This document shows, one piece after another, positions 16,058 through 25,552 of a stretch of DNA of 44,951 nt (its first letter is position 1; every line of letters begins with the position of its first letter). The stretch is taken from NCBI GenBank assembly GCA_030689845.1, contig JAUYHV010000317.1, positions 1-44,951 on the forward strand, given 5' to 3'. Under the pieces are notes generated by a model. It had not been told where the DNA came from. It did not search any database and saw nothing but the letters and a program-made list of their open reading frames with translations. A program made the position numbers and the translations under genes. The DNA comes from Dehalococcoidia bacterium (lineage in GTDB: Bacteria > Chloroflexota > Dehalococcoidia > JACQUA01).

Positions 16058-16124
16058 TCCCCTTTTTTACCACTTTATCCCATATGTAAACACTATTTCC
16101 CACTTTTGTCAATACCTTTTCCAC
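16058..16124 (-). promoter_or_regulatory. Phased (A)AAGTGG(G/T)-type direct repeats (MraZ-box-like) around a TTGACA -35 element
   Basis: Minus-strand motifs are GTGGA (16120-16124), GTGGGA (16098-16103), TGGGA (16078-16082), GTGGT (16069-16073) and GGGGA (16058-16062). Successive spacings are about 21, 20, 10 and 10 nt. TTGACA is the complement of 16107-16112. Confidence 0.35.
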
Positions 16125-16321
16125 AATATTTCTTAATATTTTTTATAACTTTTTACGAAGACCTCATTGTGTTACAATAATATCCGGTGGAAAAAACAGG
16201 TTTTTTACAATGAAAAAACGAAATTTGGCACGAATTTTGTTGGATTTTATTTTTTCCATGTTTTTGCTGCCGGGGGATAAAAGAGATGCTTCCAATTGTT
16301 CCTTTTTAAAGGAGACGTACA

Positions 16322-16849
16322 TTGTTTAATATCGGAGTATTAACTGTCAGCGATAAGGGGGCGAGGGGAGAAAGAACGGACGAAAGCGGACCGGCCATCA
16401 GGGAAATCCTGGAATCTATCGGTGGGAAGATGATTGAATATGCTGTTGTACCGGATGAGCGGATAATAATTTCGGCCACCCTGTCCCGGTGGGCTGACAC
16501 AGGGAACCTGGATATCATATTGACCAGCGGCGGCACGGGTTTGAGTCCCAGGGACTTCACTCCCGAGGCCACTCTATTTATTGTTGACAGGCTGGTTCCG
16601 GGGTTGCCGGAAGCCATAAGAGCTGAAAGTTTTAAAAAATCACCGGCGGGAATTTTAAGCAGGGGCGTTGCTGGAATAAGGAAGTCCTGCTTAATAATTA
16701 ATTTACCCGGCAGCGTAAAGGCGGTAAGGGAATGTCTTGACATAATTCTGCCAGCTTTGCCCCATGCCCTGGAGGTGCTGAAGGGTGATGCGACGGAGTG
16801 CGCAACCCGCCCGGACATCCATAACTTAAACAAAGGGGACGGGTGTTAG
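16322..16849 (+). CDS. Molybdenum cofactor biosynthesis protein, MogA/MoaB family
   Basis: Motifs VLTVSDKG...ESGP and [20 protein letters not shown] start. Confidence 0.88.
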   Translation: MFNIGVLTVSDKGARGERTDESGPAIREILESIGGKMIEYAVVPDERIIISATLSRWADTGNLDIILTSGGTGLSPRDFTPEATLFIVDRLVPGLPEAIRAESFKKSPAGILSRGVAGIRKSCLIINLPGSVKAVRECLDIILPALPHALEVLKGDATECATRPDIHNLNKGDGC

Positions 16850-17628
16850 TGCGGTTTGATGTTTTCACTCTTTTCCCGGGTATGTTTACGGGTGTAATAA
16901 GCGAGAGCATTTTTAAACGGGCTATTTCCAGGGATATTATCGCGGTACACCTCCATAACATTCGCGATTATGCCCATGATGAACACAAAACCGTGGATGA
17001 TTATCCTTATGGGGGTGGCAGCGGTATGGTTATGAAGCCTGATCCTGTATTTGAATCTGTTGAGAGTGTATTGAGCAGTGTATACGGTGCAGAAAAGGTA
17101 GAAACGGGCAATAAAGCATCATTTCCCATAGTTTTGTTAACACCCCAGGGCCGCCTGTTTAACCAATCCGTTGCCAGAGAGATGGCAAAACAGTCTCATA
17201 TTATTCTTATTTGCGGGCATTACGAAGGAATTGATGAAAGGATCCGGGAACACCTGGTTAATGATGAAATAAGCATAGGAGATTATGTTTTAACAGGTGG
17301 GGAACCCGCGGCAATTGTTGTTATGGATGCTGTTGCCAGACTGACACCTGGTGTCCTTGGGAGTGAGGAGTCGATAATAGAGGAATCCCATGCAGCAGGG
17401 CTGCTTGAATATCCCCAGTATACCCGGCCGAGGGTATACAGGGGCTGGGAAGTCCCGGAAATATTAACTTCAGGGAACCATGCCGCGATTAAAAAGTGGC
17501 GCAGGGGGCAGTCTATCAATAGGACTGCCCGGAGACGCCCCGACATGCTTTCAAAGGTTCTTAATAACTCCGGAGAGCCCGGGTTTGGTGATTCAGGCGG
17601 TGAAAACAGAATACTAAATATATCCTGA
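16843..17628 (+). CDS. trmD: tRNA (guanine37-N1)-methyltransferase TrmD
   Basis: Motifs [23 protein letters not shown] and [14 protein letters not shown] start overlapping the stop of the MogA/MoaB-family gene. Confidence 0.93.
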   Translation: MLVRFDVFTLFPGMFTGVISESIFKRAISRDIIAVHLHNIRDYAHDEHKTVDDYPYGGGSGMVMKPDPVFESVESVLSSVYGAEKVETGNKASFPIVLLTPQGRLFNQSVAREMAKQSHIILICGHYEGIDERIREHLVNDEISIGDYVLTGGEPAAIVVMDAVARLTPGVLGSEESIIEESHAAGLLEYPQYTRPRVYRGWEVPEILTSGNHAAIKKWRRGQSINRTARRRPDMLSKVLNNSGEPGFGDSGGENRILNIS

Positions 17629-17745
17629 TAAAAAAACTGTTCAATAATCTGGTAAAATATACAGCGGTGGTGCCGGAGTGTTTTTAAATTTCGGCCCAAA
17701 GAGTTACACGAATAATATTCTTTCTTAAGAGGTGAAAATAATAAA

Positions 17746-18225
17746 ATGGATATTGGTACACTCCTGGAAGTAAAACCAAGGAAAGATATACCAAAGCTGA
17801 GACCCGGAGATAATATATCAGTAAAAGTTAAGGTTGTGGAAGGGGAAAAGGAACGGCTCCAGGTTTTTAAAGGCGTTGTTATCTCCGTAAATGAGGGTGG
17901 GATTGATTCCAATTTTACCGTTAGAAGGGTAGCATACGGCGTGGGAGTGGAACGAAAATTCTTCGTTTATTCTCCCCGTCTGGAAGCCGTGGAGGTAGTA
18001 AAGCGGAGCAAAGTCCGCCGTGCCAAGCTGTATTATCTTAGGAATCTAAGCGGCAAGGCAAGTAAACTAAAAGAAGTTAGCCGTTATAAGGAACTGGCGT
18101 TTAGGGAGGAGGGGGAACAGGCCGAACTGGCCATGCCTTCCGAATCAGAAAGCCAGGTAATGGAACCACCCGTTGCTTCAGTTGCAGAGAGTGATGGTGT
18201 GTCCGGTGATGCGGCTGCCGGCTAA
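17746..18225 (+). CDS. rplS: 50S ribosomal protein L19 with an acidic ~45-aa C-terminal extension
   Basis: Motifs [31 protein letters not shown] and [16 protein letters not shown]. Length 159 aa versus about 115-120 aa usually. Confidence 0.93.
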   Translation: MDIGTLLEVKPRKDIPKLRPGDNISVKVKVVEGEKERLQVFKGVVISVNEGGIDSNFTVRRVAYGVGVERKFFVYSPRLEAVEVVKRSKVRRAKLYYLRNLSGKASKLKEVSRYKELAFREEGEQAELAMPSESESQVMEPPVASVAESDGVSGDAAAG

Positions 18226-18307
18226 GGACAGACAGATACTCTTAAACGATAATTTGGAGATAACGGGATATCAGTTCAACGTTTTTTTGATGTTAATCAT
18301 GTTTTAG

Positions 18308-20767
18308 ATGGATTTTGCTGAGGTCTGTGTAAATTCACCCGTAAAACAACCTCGTACTTTCAGCTATAAAATACCGCAGGCGCTGGCGGTTGAGACGGGA
18401 GATGCTGTTTGGGTTCCCTTTGGACCCAGGGTTTTGCAGGGAATAGTATTCGGACTGACCGAATTGCCCCAGGTTGAGTCCACCAGGGAAATAATCGGAC
18501 TAATTGAAAGTCAGCCCCTTTTGACTCCCGTACAGGTGGAGTTAGCCCGGTGGGTAAGCAGCTATTATTTATCTTCCCTGTTCAGTTCCTGTTCTCTGAT
18601 GTTACCGCCGGGGTTCGAACGCAGGATTGTTACGGTGGTTAAAAGTGTGGAAGGGATAGCTACGGAAAAAGTCTCTTCTTTGTCCCCCGATGAAGTGGAT
18701 GTAATGGGTTTGGTAACGGAGCACGGCCAGATGGGAATGAAGGAATTGGAAAAAGTTTTCGGTAAAAAGAAGGCCCACAGTTGCGTCCAATCCCTTGTCG
18801 GCTGGGGAATACTGTCCAAGCAGGATACCCTGGGAAAAGTTCGTGTAAGGCCGAAAAAGGAAAAGTTTGTAAAGCTGAATGTCGAACTTAAGGATGCGCA
18901 GGCTTTTATTGCACGGTGGGAAAACAACTCACGATATCTGCAGCGAATTTTGCTATTGAGGCTCCTGGTAAACGAAGGAAAACCGCTTCCGGTGTCTGAG
19001 GTCAAAAGGAAAATAGGTCAGGTAAGTTCGAGTCTGCAAACCCTTGAAAAATCAGGGATGGTAGCTGTGGAGGAAATAGAAGTCGCAAGGGACCCCCTGG
19101 CAACCTTTTCTCCCGGACCGTCTGTCCCCCATGTTTTAACTGCTTATCAGGCTGAAGCATGGCAAAAGTTGCAGGAGGCGATACAGACCTCGGGGAAAGC
19201 TGCTCATGAGATTGGTAACTATCCCAAACCTTTTCTGCTTCACGGTGTTACGGGCAGCGGTAAGACAGAGATATATTTAAGGGCGGTGGAAAAAACAATT
19301 GAAATGGGGAAAAAAGCTATCGTCCTCGTTCCCGAAATAGCTCTGACGACCCAGACGATTTCCAGGTTTATCTCCAGGTTTCCGGGTAGAGTGGCAGTGC
19401 TACACAGCAGGTTGTCTGTCGGGGAGCAGTACGATGAATGGTGGCGCATAAAGAGAGGCTTGTGCGATATAGTAATTGGCCCTCGCAGCGCTATTTTTGC
19501 CCCACAGCCCGACCTGGGATTGATAGTGATTGACGAAGAGCACGAATGGACATATAAACAAAAAGAAACCCAACCATACTACCATGCTCGTGATGTTGCC
19601 TTAAAGCTGGCCGAACTTACGGGTTCGGTTCTGGTCATGGGCAGCGCTACTCCCGATGTGTCCACTTACAACCTGGCCCTAAGTGGGCAATATCAACTGT
19701 TGGAACTGCCGGAAAGGGTCTCATACGCTATGCTGGTTTCTCATCCCCCGGTGAAGGTTGTTGATATGAGAAGGGAACTCAGGGAAGGAAACCGCAGTAT
19801 TTTCAGCAGAGAACTTAACTATTCAATCAAGCAGGCGTTAAGTAATGGGGACCAGGTGATTTTGTTTATTAACCGGCGGGGTGCGTTCACCTTTGTCCAT
19901 TGCGGAGATTGCGGTTTTCACATGAGGTGCCGCCGCTGTGAGGTTTCCCTTGTATATCACAGGGATGAGGACCGGCTGGTATGCCACCAGTGTAACTACC
20001 GCCTGAAGGTGCCGGCTTTTTGTCCGGAATGCAACGGAAAAAAAATCAGGTTTTCCGGTTTGGGTACCCAGCGTGTAGAGCAGGAGGCACGGGAAATATT
20101 TAGAGGCGCCAGGTTATTGCGATGGGACAGGGACGTAACCCGGAAGAGCCATGCCCACCAGGACATAATGGAAAAATTCCTGGGGAGGGAAGCCGATATC
20201 CTGATCGGAACGCAAATGATAGCCAAGGGCCTGGACATACCCTCGGTAAACCTGGTAGGGGTAATAAACGCAGATACAGGGTTATCCCTGGCCGATTTCC
20301 GGGCGGCGGAGAGGACTTTTCAACTCCTGACCCAGGTTTCCGGAAGAGCCGGTAGGGGGGCAAAGGAAGGCAAGGTTGTAATACAAACCTTCAACCCGCA
20401 ACATTATGCCATTGAAGCTGCTGCCAGGCACGATTATAAGGCTTTCTATGAAAAGGAATTAATTTATCGCAACCGCTTTAATTACCCTCCATTTACCAGG
20501 TTGGCAACTTTGTCATACACCCATATCAACCAGTCAAAATGTAAGATTGAGGTTGAAAGGATAGCAAACCTTGTTCGAACCGAAGCAGCCAGGGCTGGAA
20601 TTACCGACGTTGTGATACTCGGCCCGACACCTGCTTTTATTGCCCGGAAAAAGGGAAAGTACAGATGGCAACTGGTGGTAATGGGCAAAGAATTTCATTT
20701 TCTGCTGGCGAACCTGATTCTCCCCTCAGGCTGGAGTATAAACATCGACCCCCTGGGGGTGGACTAA
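18308..20767 (+). CDS. priA: Primosomal protein N' (replication restart helicase PriA)
   Basis: Walker A HGVTGSGKTE, DEEHE box, and a Cys-rich zinc insertion CGDCGF...CRRCEV...CHQC...CPEC. Confidence 0.93.
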   Translation: MDFAEVCVNSPVKQPRTFSYKIPQALAVETGDAVWVPFGPRVLQGIVFGLTELPQVESTREIIGLIESQPLLTPVQVELARWVSSYYLSSLFSSCSLMLPPGFERRIVTVVKSVEGIATEKVSSLSPDEVDVMGLVTEHGQMGMKELEKVFGKKKAHSCVQSLVGWGILSKQDTLGKVRVRPKKEKFVKLNVELKDAQAFIARWENNSRYLQRILLLRLLVNEGKPLPVSEVKRKIGQVSSSLQTLEKSGMVAVEEIEVARDPLATFSPGPSVPHVLTAYQAEAWQKLQEAIQTSGKAAHEIGNYPKPFLLHGVTGSGKTEIYLRAVEKTIEMGKKAIVLVPEIALTTQTISRFISRFPGRVAVLHSRLSVGEQYDEWWRIKRGLCDIVIGPRSAIFAPQPDLGLIVIDEEHEWTYKQKETQPYYHARDVALKLAELTGSVLVMGSATPDVSTYNLALSGQYQLLELPERVSYAMLVSHPPVKVVDMRRELREGNRSIFSRELNYSIKQALSNGDQVILFINRRGAFTFVHCGDCGFHMRCRRCEVSLVYHRDEDRLVCHQCNYRLKVPAFCPECNGKKIRFSGLGTQRVEQEAREIFRGARLLRWDRDVTRKSHAHQDIMEKFLGREADILIGTQMIAKGLDIPSVNLVGVINADTGLSLADFRAAERTFQLLTQVSGRAGRGAKEGKVVIQTFNPQHYAIEAAARHDYKAFYEKELIYRNRFNYPPFTRLATLSYTHINQSKCKIEVERIANLVRTEAARAGITDVVILGPTPAFIARKKGKYRWQLVVMGKEFHFLLANLILPSGWSINIDPLGVD

Positions 20768-20794
20768 CCTGATCTAGTCCAGATAGATGGGTGA

Positions 20795-21042
20795 CACTAT
20801 AACAGGTCCATGAAAGGGAGATATAATAGCCTGCGGATCAAGCTCTTTACGTTAGTAGATAACTTTACCCGTGAGAGTATAGCCTAAAGGTGGATGGGTG
20901 TATAGGTGGACAGGGGGTGGTAGAGGTGCTAATGCAGGTAGCTGAGGAAAGGGGGTTGCCGGGTGCTATCAGAGTGGATAACGGTCCTGAATTCGCCTCG
21001 AAGTTACTTGACCAAAGGGCATACCTGAATGGTGTTAAAATG
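20795..21042 (+). pseudogene. IS3-family (IS407/IS2-like) transposase OrfB fragment, frameshifted and truncated at both ends
   Basis: RIKLFTLVDNFTRESIA* is followed, after a 1-nt frame change, by LKVDGCIGGQGVVEVLMQVAEERGLPGAIRVDNGPEFASKLLDQRAYLNGVKM (rve core with the DNGPEF motif). Similarity ends abruptly after NGVKM. Confidence 0.7.
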
Positions 21043-21136
21043 ATAAAAAAACAAAGGCGGCCTGAGCGTCACAAAATGAGTTTTTGTTACGCGGATCGAA
21101 ATTGCACAAAACCGAGTTGTACAATCACCTGAATTG

Positions 21137-21244
21137 TTACCCTATACGTCCAAGAACTCTCCTCACCGTTTCATGACTTATCCCATATTCTATAGTTAAT
21201 TCCCTGAGACTCTTCTTGCTTTGGAGCTTTAGGTTGGCTCCCAT
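21137..21244 (-). pseudogene. Short helix-turn-helix remnant (transposase or resolvase-type HTH)
   Basis: MGANLKLQSKKSLRELTIEYGISHETVRRVLGRIG* on the minus strand. Isolated, 36 aa. Confidence 0.35.
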
Positions 21245-21523
21245 CAGCCTGTAATCATGCCGATGGGACTAACTAAGGAAGTGGTACCATTATCGGGAAA
21301 GGGTCAGCCCCAGGGTATATGCAGCCACCATGATAAAAAGTGTATGATTGAGAAAAATAACATTATGATTGTCCAAACAATGGTGGCAAGTCCAAATATT
21401 TCTATGCCTAACCTTGGAGGTAGTACAATAAATGGGGGCAGACCAATAACAACCGCCCCTTTGTGCTTATAGGCCCAAAAGCAACAAAAAAGGAAAATGA
21501 TTTCCAGAAAGGAGTTGTTTGAT

Positions 21524-23806
21524 ATGGGTCAGAATTCAACCAATTCAACGCTCAAGCGCATTGCATTCGTCGGCAACTACTTGCCTCGCCAGTGCGGCAT
21601 CGCCACATTTACCACCGATTTGTGCGAAGCCATCGCCACCCAATATCGTCAAAAAACCTGTATCGCCCTGCCGGTCAATGATATCGAGGCCGGTTACGAC
21701 TATCCGGCCCGGGTTCGGTTTGAACTCACGGAGAAGGATATTGATTCCTATCGCCGCGCTGCTGACTTCCTGAATATCAACAATGTAGACCTCATATCCC
21801 TGCAGCATGAGTATAGCATTTTCGGTGGACCCGCGGGCAGCCATATCCTGGTGCTCTTGCGGGAATTGAGGATGCCCATCGTCACGACACTACACACCAT
21901 CCTACGCGACCCCAACCCTGATCAGAAGCGAGTGTTGAAAGAAATCGCAGCCCTGTCTGATCGGCTGGTTGTTATGAGTAAGCGCGGCGCAGAATTCCTG
22001 AATGAGGTTTATGGCGTGCTACCGGAGAAGATTGATCTGATCCCGCACGGCATCCCTGATGTGCCTTTTGTAGATCCAAGTTTTCATAAAGACCTGTTTG
22101 GAGTAGAGGGCAAAATCGTCTTGCTCAGCTTTGGCTTGCTTTCGGCGAGCAAAGGCATCGAAAATGTCATCGCCGCCCTGCCCGCCATTTTGGCCCGGCA
22201 CCCGAATGTGGTTTACATCGTCCTCGGCGCGACCCACCCCCAAGTATTGCTGAATGAAGGGGAAACATACCGGCTATCCCTGCAATGGCTGGCTCAGGAG
22301 AAAGGCGTGGAAGGTCAGGTGATCTTTTACAACAGCTTTGTCAGTTTGGAAAAGCTCGTTGAATTCATCAGTGCGGCGGATATTTACATTACACCCTATC
22401 TCAATGAAGCCCAAATCACCTCCGGGACACTCGCCTATACCCTAGGAGCGGGCAAGGCGGTGATTTCGACACCATATTGGTATGCGGAAGAGATGCTTGC
22501 TGAAGGACGTGGAGTGCTGGTGCCGTTTCGGGATCCGGCAGCACTGGCCGATCAGGTGATTAACCTATTAGATAACGAGTCCCAGCGCCACGCCATGCGC
22601 AAGCTAGCCTATGTGTTTGGGCGAGAGATGATCTGGCCGCGGGTAGCGAAACGTTATATGGAGAGTTTTGAAAGTGCACGAGCGAAACGCCGTCATTTTA
22701 CTCACCCGGACTTCGCGGTTAAACCGCTGGACAAACGCCCGGGTGAATTGCCGCCTCTCAAGCTGGACCATTTGCATCATATGACGGACGAAACCGGCAT
22801 CTTGCAACACGCCATTTTCACAGTGCCCAACTATCGCGAGGGCTACACCATCGACGATAATGCCCGCGCGTTGATGGTGAGCGCTCTCCTTGAAGCCGTG
22901 GGCAACGAAGCGGCCTTGGAATTAGGCTCCCGTTATCTCGCCTTTATCTGGTATGCCTTCAATGCTGAAAACGGACGCTTCCGTAACTGTATGGATTACC
23001 AACGCAACTGGCTGGAAGAAGGCGGTTCTGACGACAGCCTTGGTCGCACGTTGTGTGCGTTAGGCACCGTGTTGGGCCGATCGAACATAGCGGCTCTGTA
23101 CAATATGGCGGGATGGGTGTTCGAGCAGGCCCTGCCTGCTATTCTCAAAACAACCAGTCCCCGCGCCTGGGCTTTCGCGATTATGGGCATCCAAGAATAC
23201 CTGCAGCGGTTTGCCGGTGATCGTCAGGCAAGCCATGTCCGCGAGGAATTGTCCAGCCGACTGTTGAAATTGTATCAAAGCCACAGATCAGATGAATGGC
23301 GCTGGTATGAAGACCGGCTGACCTATTGCAACGCCGCGTTGCCACATGCCTTGCTCCTGTGTGGTTATTCGATACCCGATGCCGCCATGACCGAAGCCGG
23401 ATTGGAGTCGTTGGGTTGGTTGACCGATTTGCAACACGCGGACACAGGGTATTTTGTTCCTATCGGCTCTAACGGTTTTTATCCGAAAGGGGGTGAGCGG
23501 GCCCTGTTCGACCAACAACCGGTGGAAGCACAGACGATGGTTTCCGCTTGTCTCGAAGCCTGCCGGATCACGCTCGATAAGCGTTGGCTTAAGAAAGCCC
23601 GCCGCGTCTTTGAATGGTTTCTTGGGCGCAATAGCCTGAATTTGTCTATATATGATCCGACGACTGGCGGTTGTCGAGACGGCCTGCATCCCGACCGCGT
23701 GAACGAGAATCAGGGCGCAGAATCGACACTAGTCTTTCTCCAGGCATTGTTGGAACTGCGTCTGTCTGAGAATATTCTTATTGCTCTGGAGGACCGAAGC
23801 CAATGA
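21524..23806 (+). CDS. Family 4 (GT-B) glycosyltransferase fused to a ~370-aa uncharacterised C-terminal domain
   Basis: KRIAFVGNYLPRQCGIATFT and ADIYITPYLNEAQITSGTLAYTLGAGKAVISTP form the GT4 retaining-transferase core. The C-terminal half has DHLHHMTDETGILQHA...YTIDDNARAL. AAGGAG lies 9 nt before the ATG at 21524; the ORF-track start is 21497. Confidence 0.8.
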   Translation: MGQNSTNSTLKRIAFVGNYLPRQCGIATFTTDLCEAIATQYRQKTCIALPVNDIEAGYDYPARVRFELTEKDIDSYRRAADFLNINNVDLISLQHEYSIFGGPAGSHILVLLRELRMPIVTTLHTILRDPNPDQKRVLKEIAALSDRLVVMSKRGAEFLNEVYGVLPEKIDLIPHGIPDVPFVDPSFHKDLFGVEGKIVLLSFGLLSASKGIENVIAALPAILARHPNVVYIVLGATHPQVLLNEGETYRLSLQWLAQEKGVEGQVIFYNSFVSLEKLVEFISAADIYITPYLNEAQITSGTLAYTLGAGKAVISTPYWYAEEMLAEGRGVLVPFRDPAALADQVINLLDNESQRHAMRKLAYVFGREMIWPRVAKRYMESFESARAKRRHFTHPDFAVKPLDKRPGELPPLKLDHLHHMTDETGILQHAIFTVPNYREGYTIDDNARALMVSALLEAVGNEAALELGSRYLAFIWYAFNAENGRFRNCMDYQRNWLEEGGSDDSLGRTLCALGTVLGRSNIAALYNMAGWVFEQALPAILKTTSPRAWAFAIMGIQEYLQRFAGDRQASHVREELSSRLLKLYQSHRSDEWRWYEDRLTYCNAALPHALLLCGYSIPDAAMTEAGLESLGWLTDLQHADTGYFVPIGSNGFYPKGGERALFDQQPVEAQTMVSACLEACRITLDKRWLKKARRVFEWFLGRNSLNLSIYDPTTGGCRDGLHPDRVNENQGAESTLVFLQALLELRLSENILIALEDRSQ

Positions 23807-24735
23807 ATAATCATCACCTTGAACTTTTCAAACGTCATGAACGCAATCCCATACTGACCGCGGCCGATTGGCTTTATCCGGCCAATAGCGTGTTCAATCC
23901 CGGTGCGACTTTGCTACATGACGGAACCACCCTGCTGCTGTGCCGCGTAGAAGATCGGCGCGGGCTTTCACACTTGTGCGTTGCCCGCTCCGCCAATGGT
24001 GTAGATGGCTGGGACATCGATACCCAGCCTACTCTTATGCCTGATCCAGATAACTTCCCTGAAGAGCTATGGGGTATTGAAGACCCGCGCATCACCTATG
24101 TCCCTGAAATAAAAAAATATGCCGTCGTCTATACCGCCTTCTCCAGTAGCGGCCCAGGGGTAGCGCTTGCGCTCACAGAAGATTTCCATGCTTTCGAACG
24201 CTATGGCATGATTATGGCGCCGGAGGATAAGGATGCGGCCCTGCTTCCGCATCGAATTGGGGGCCATTGGGTGTTGATCCATCGCCCAGTCAGCGGGTCG
24301 AGCGCGCATATATGGCTATCCTACTCGCCCGACTTGCGGCACTGGGGTAGTCACAAGATAATGCTGGCAGCCCGACTGGGAGGATGGTGGGACGCGCATA
24401 AAATCGGACTCGCCTCTCCGCCTATCGAAACTGCGAAAGGCTGGCTGGTGATTTACCACGGCGTGCGACCAAACGCAGCCGGTTCCATTTACCGACTCGG
24501 CCTGGCTTTGTTTGATTTGCACACACCAGAAATTTGCCTCAAACGCAGCGACGAGTGGATATTTGGCCCGGAAGAACCTTACGAGCGGCGCGGGGATGTC
24601 GACAACGTCGTCTTTCCGTGTGGCTATACCATCGCCGCCGATGGCGACACGATTCAATTGTATTATGGAGCGGCAGATACGAGCATTGCCCTAGCAACCG
24701 GTAGTGTTCACGCCATTCTGGAATGGCTTAAGTGA
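23803..24735 (+). CDS. GH130-like glycoside phosphorylase/hydrolase (beta-mannoside phosphorylase family fold)
   Basis: Motifs NPILT...SVFNPGA, WGIEDPRITYV, PEDKDAALLP, VIYHGV and LYYGAADTSIALA. The start forms an ATGA overlap with the GT4 stop. Confidence 0.8.
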   Translation: MNNHHLELFKRHERNPILTAADWLYPANSVFNPGATLLHDGTTLLLCRVEDRRGLSHLCVARSANGVDGWDIDTQPTLMPDPDNFPEELWGIEDPRITYVPEIKKYAVVYTAFSSSGPGVALALTEDFHAFERYGMIMAPEDKDAALLPHRIGGHWVLIHRPVSGSSAHIWLSYSPDLRHWGSHKIMLAARLGGWWDAHKIGLASPPIETAKGWLVIYHGVRPNAAGSIYRLGLALFDLHTPEICLKRSDEWIFGPEEPYERRGDVDNVVFPCGYTIAADGDTIQLYYGAADTSIALATGSVHAILEWLK

Positions 24736-24871
24736 CACCGATTATTGACCTTGTATCTTGAATAATATGATAGAATCTCCGCCGGAGTCTGGGTGTGGCA
24801 GATTGATTGACCTTAGCCCAACTTCCGCAGTTTCATATCTGTAAAGAAAAATTCTGAAGGTAAAGTCTACA

Positions 24872-25033
24872 CTACATTTCTTGAATTTTAAGACGCTGAG
24901 GGAGGTGTAACCGGAGTTTCTGTAACAGGACAGCCTGTGCTTTGGTAGGTTGGGTGACGCACCGCTTGCGAATTTCTACTCCCTGCTTGGTAGGCATAAC
25001 TATGTCCACCACCTTGATCTGGGCGATCTCTGT
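24872..25033 (-). pseudogene. C-terminal fragment of an IS1634/IS4-like transposase
   Basis: Minus-strand translation is RFTEIAQIKVVDIVMPTKQGVEIRKRCVTQPTKAQAVLLQKLRLHLPQRLKIQEM*. This is the characteristic tail of that transposase group as I recall it. An in-frame stop lies directly upstream. Confidence 0.45.
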
Positions 25034-25049
25034 AAATCGTCAAGGAAAA

Positions 25050-25372
25050 TGGGACAATTTTGGATTTCTTATATGATGGAGAGAGTTTGCACGAAAGGCA
25101 GTTATGTGCAATGCGGGGCGGAGTATGAGGATGCTTTTGAGAAAGAATGCCGGAGGAGGGGGACTAATCTATTCATATTGCCTTCTCGGTTTCCCAAGCT
25201 CAATGGCCATATGGAAAGAGCTCAAAGAACACACACCGAGGAATTCTACGAGGTAATTGATTCTATTTTTGATTTATAAGCGATAAATTGATCTTTGCTT
25301 GAATGGGAAAGTGTGTATAACACTGTCTGTCCTCAGTAGGCTCTAAATTACCTGACACCAGAGGAGTTTTTA
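25050..25372 (+). pseudogene. Integrase-core (rve) transposase 3' fragment, with internal stop and frameshift
   Basis: ...VQCGAEYEDAFEKECRRRGTNLFILPSRFPKLNGHMERAQRTHTEEFYEV... is followed in another frame by LEWESVYNTVCPQ*ALNYLTPEEFL (the degraded YN..RPHQALgylTP motif). Confidence 0.65.
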
Positions 25373-25552
25373 ATATGTTATTTTAAAAATCTTAGAAAGG
25401 AGGTGATGTGTCACTAATCTACTGAACGAGTACATGACCTTTACACATCCCCCTCATTTAAGATACAATTCAGAGCACATTCAACGCTTTGAAAAAGGCC
25501 ATTTCACCTATTTAATTCCAGGTGTTTTTTATGCCCTCAATTTTAAGGAGAT

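Noticed and set aside
16140-16321. Possible Moco riboswitch upstream of the MogA/MoaB-family gene
   Set aside because: The region is AT-rich, with no recognisable conserved Moco-motif helices by eye. The call cannot be supported without a covariance-model search.
21257-21472. 71-aa plus-strand ORF in the IS debris upstream of the GT4 gene, and a hydrophobic start-less frame on the opposite strand
   Set aside because: There is no Shine-Dalgarno sequence and no recognisable motif, and the minus-strand frame lacks a start codon. I treat it as decayed sequence.
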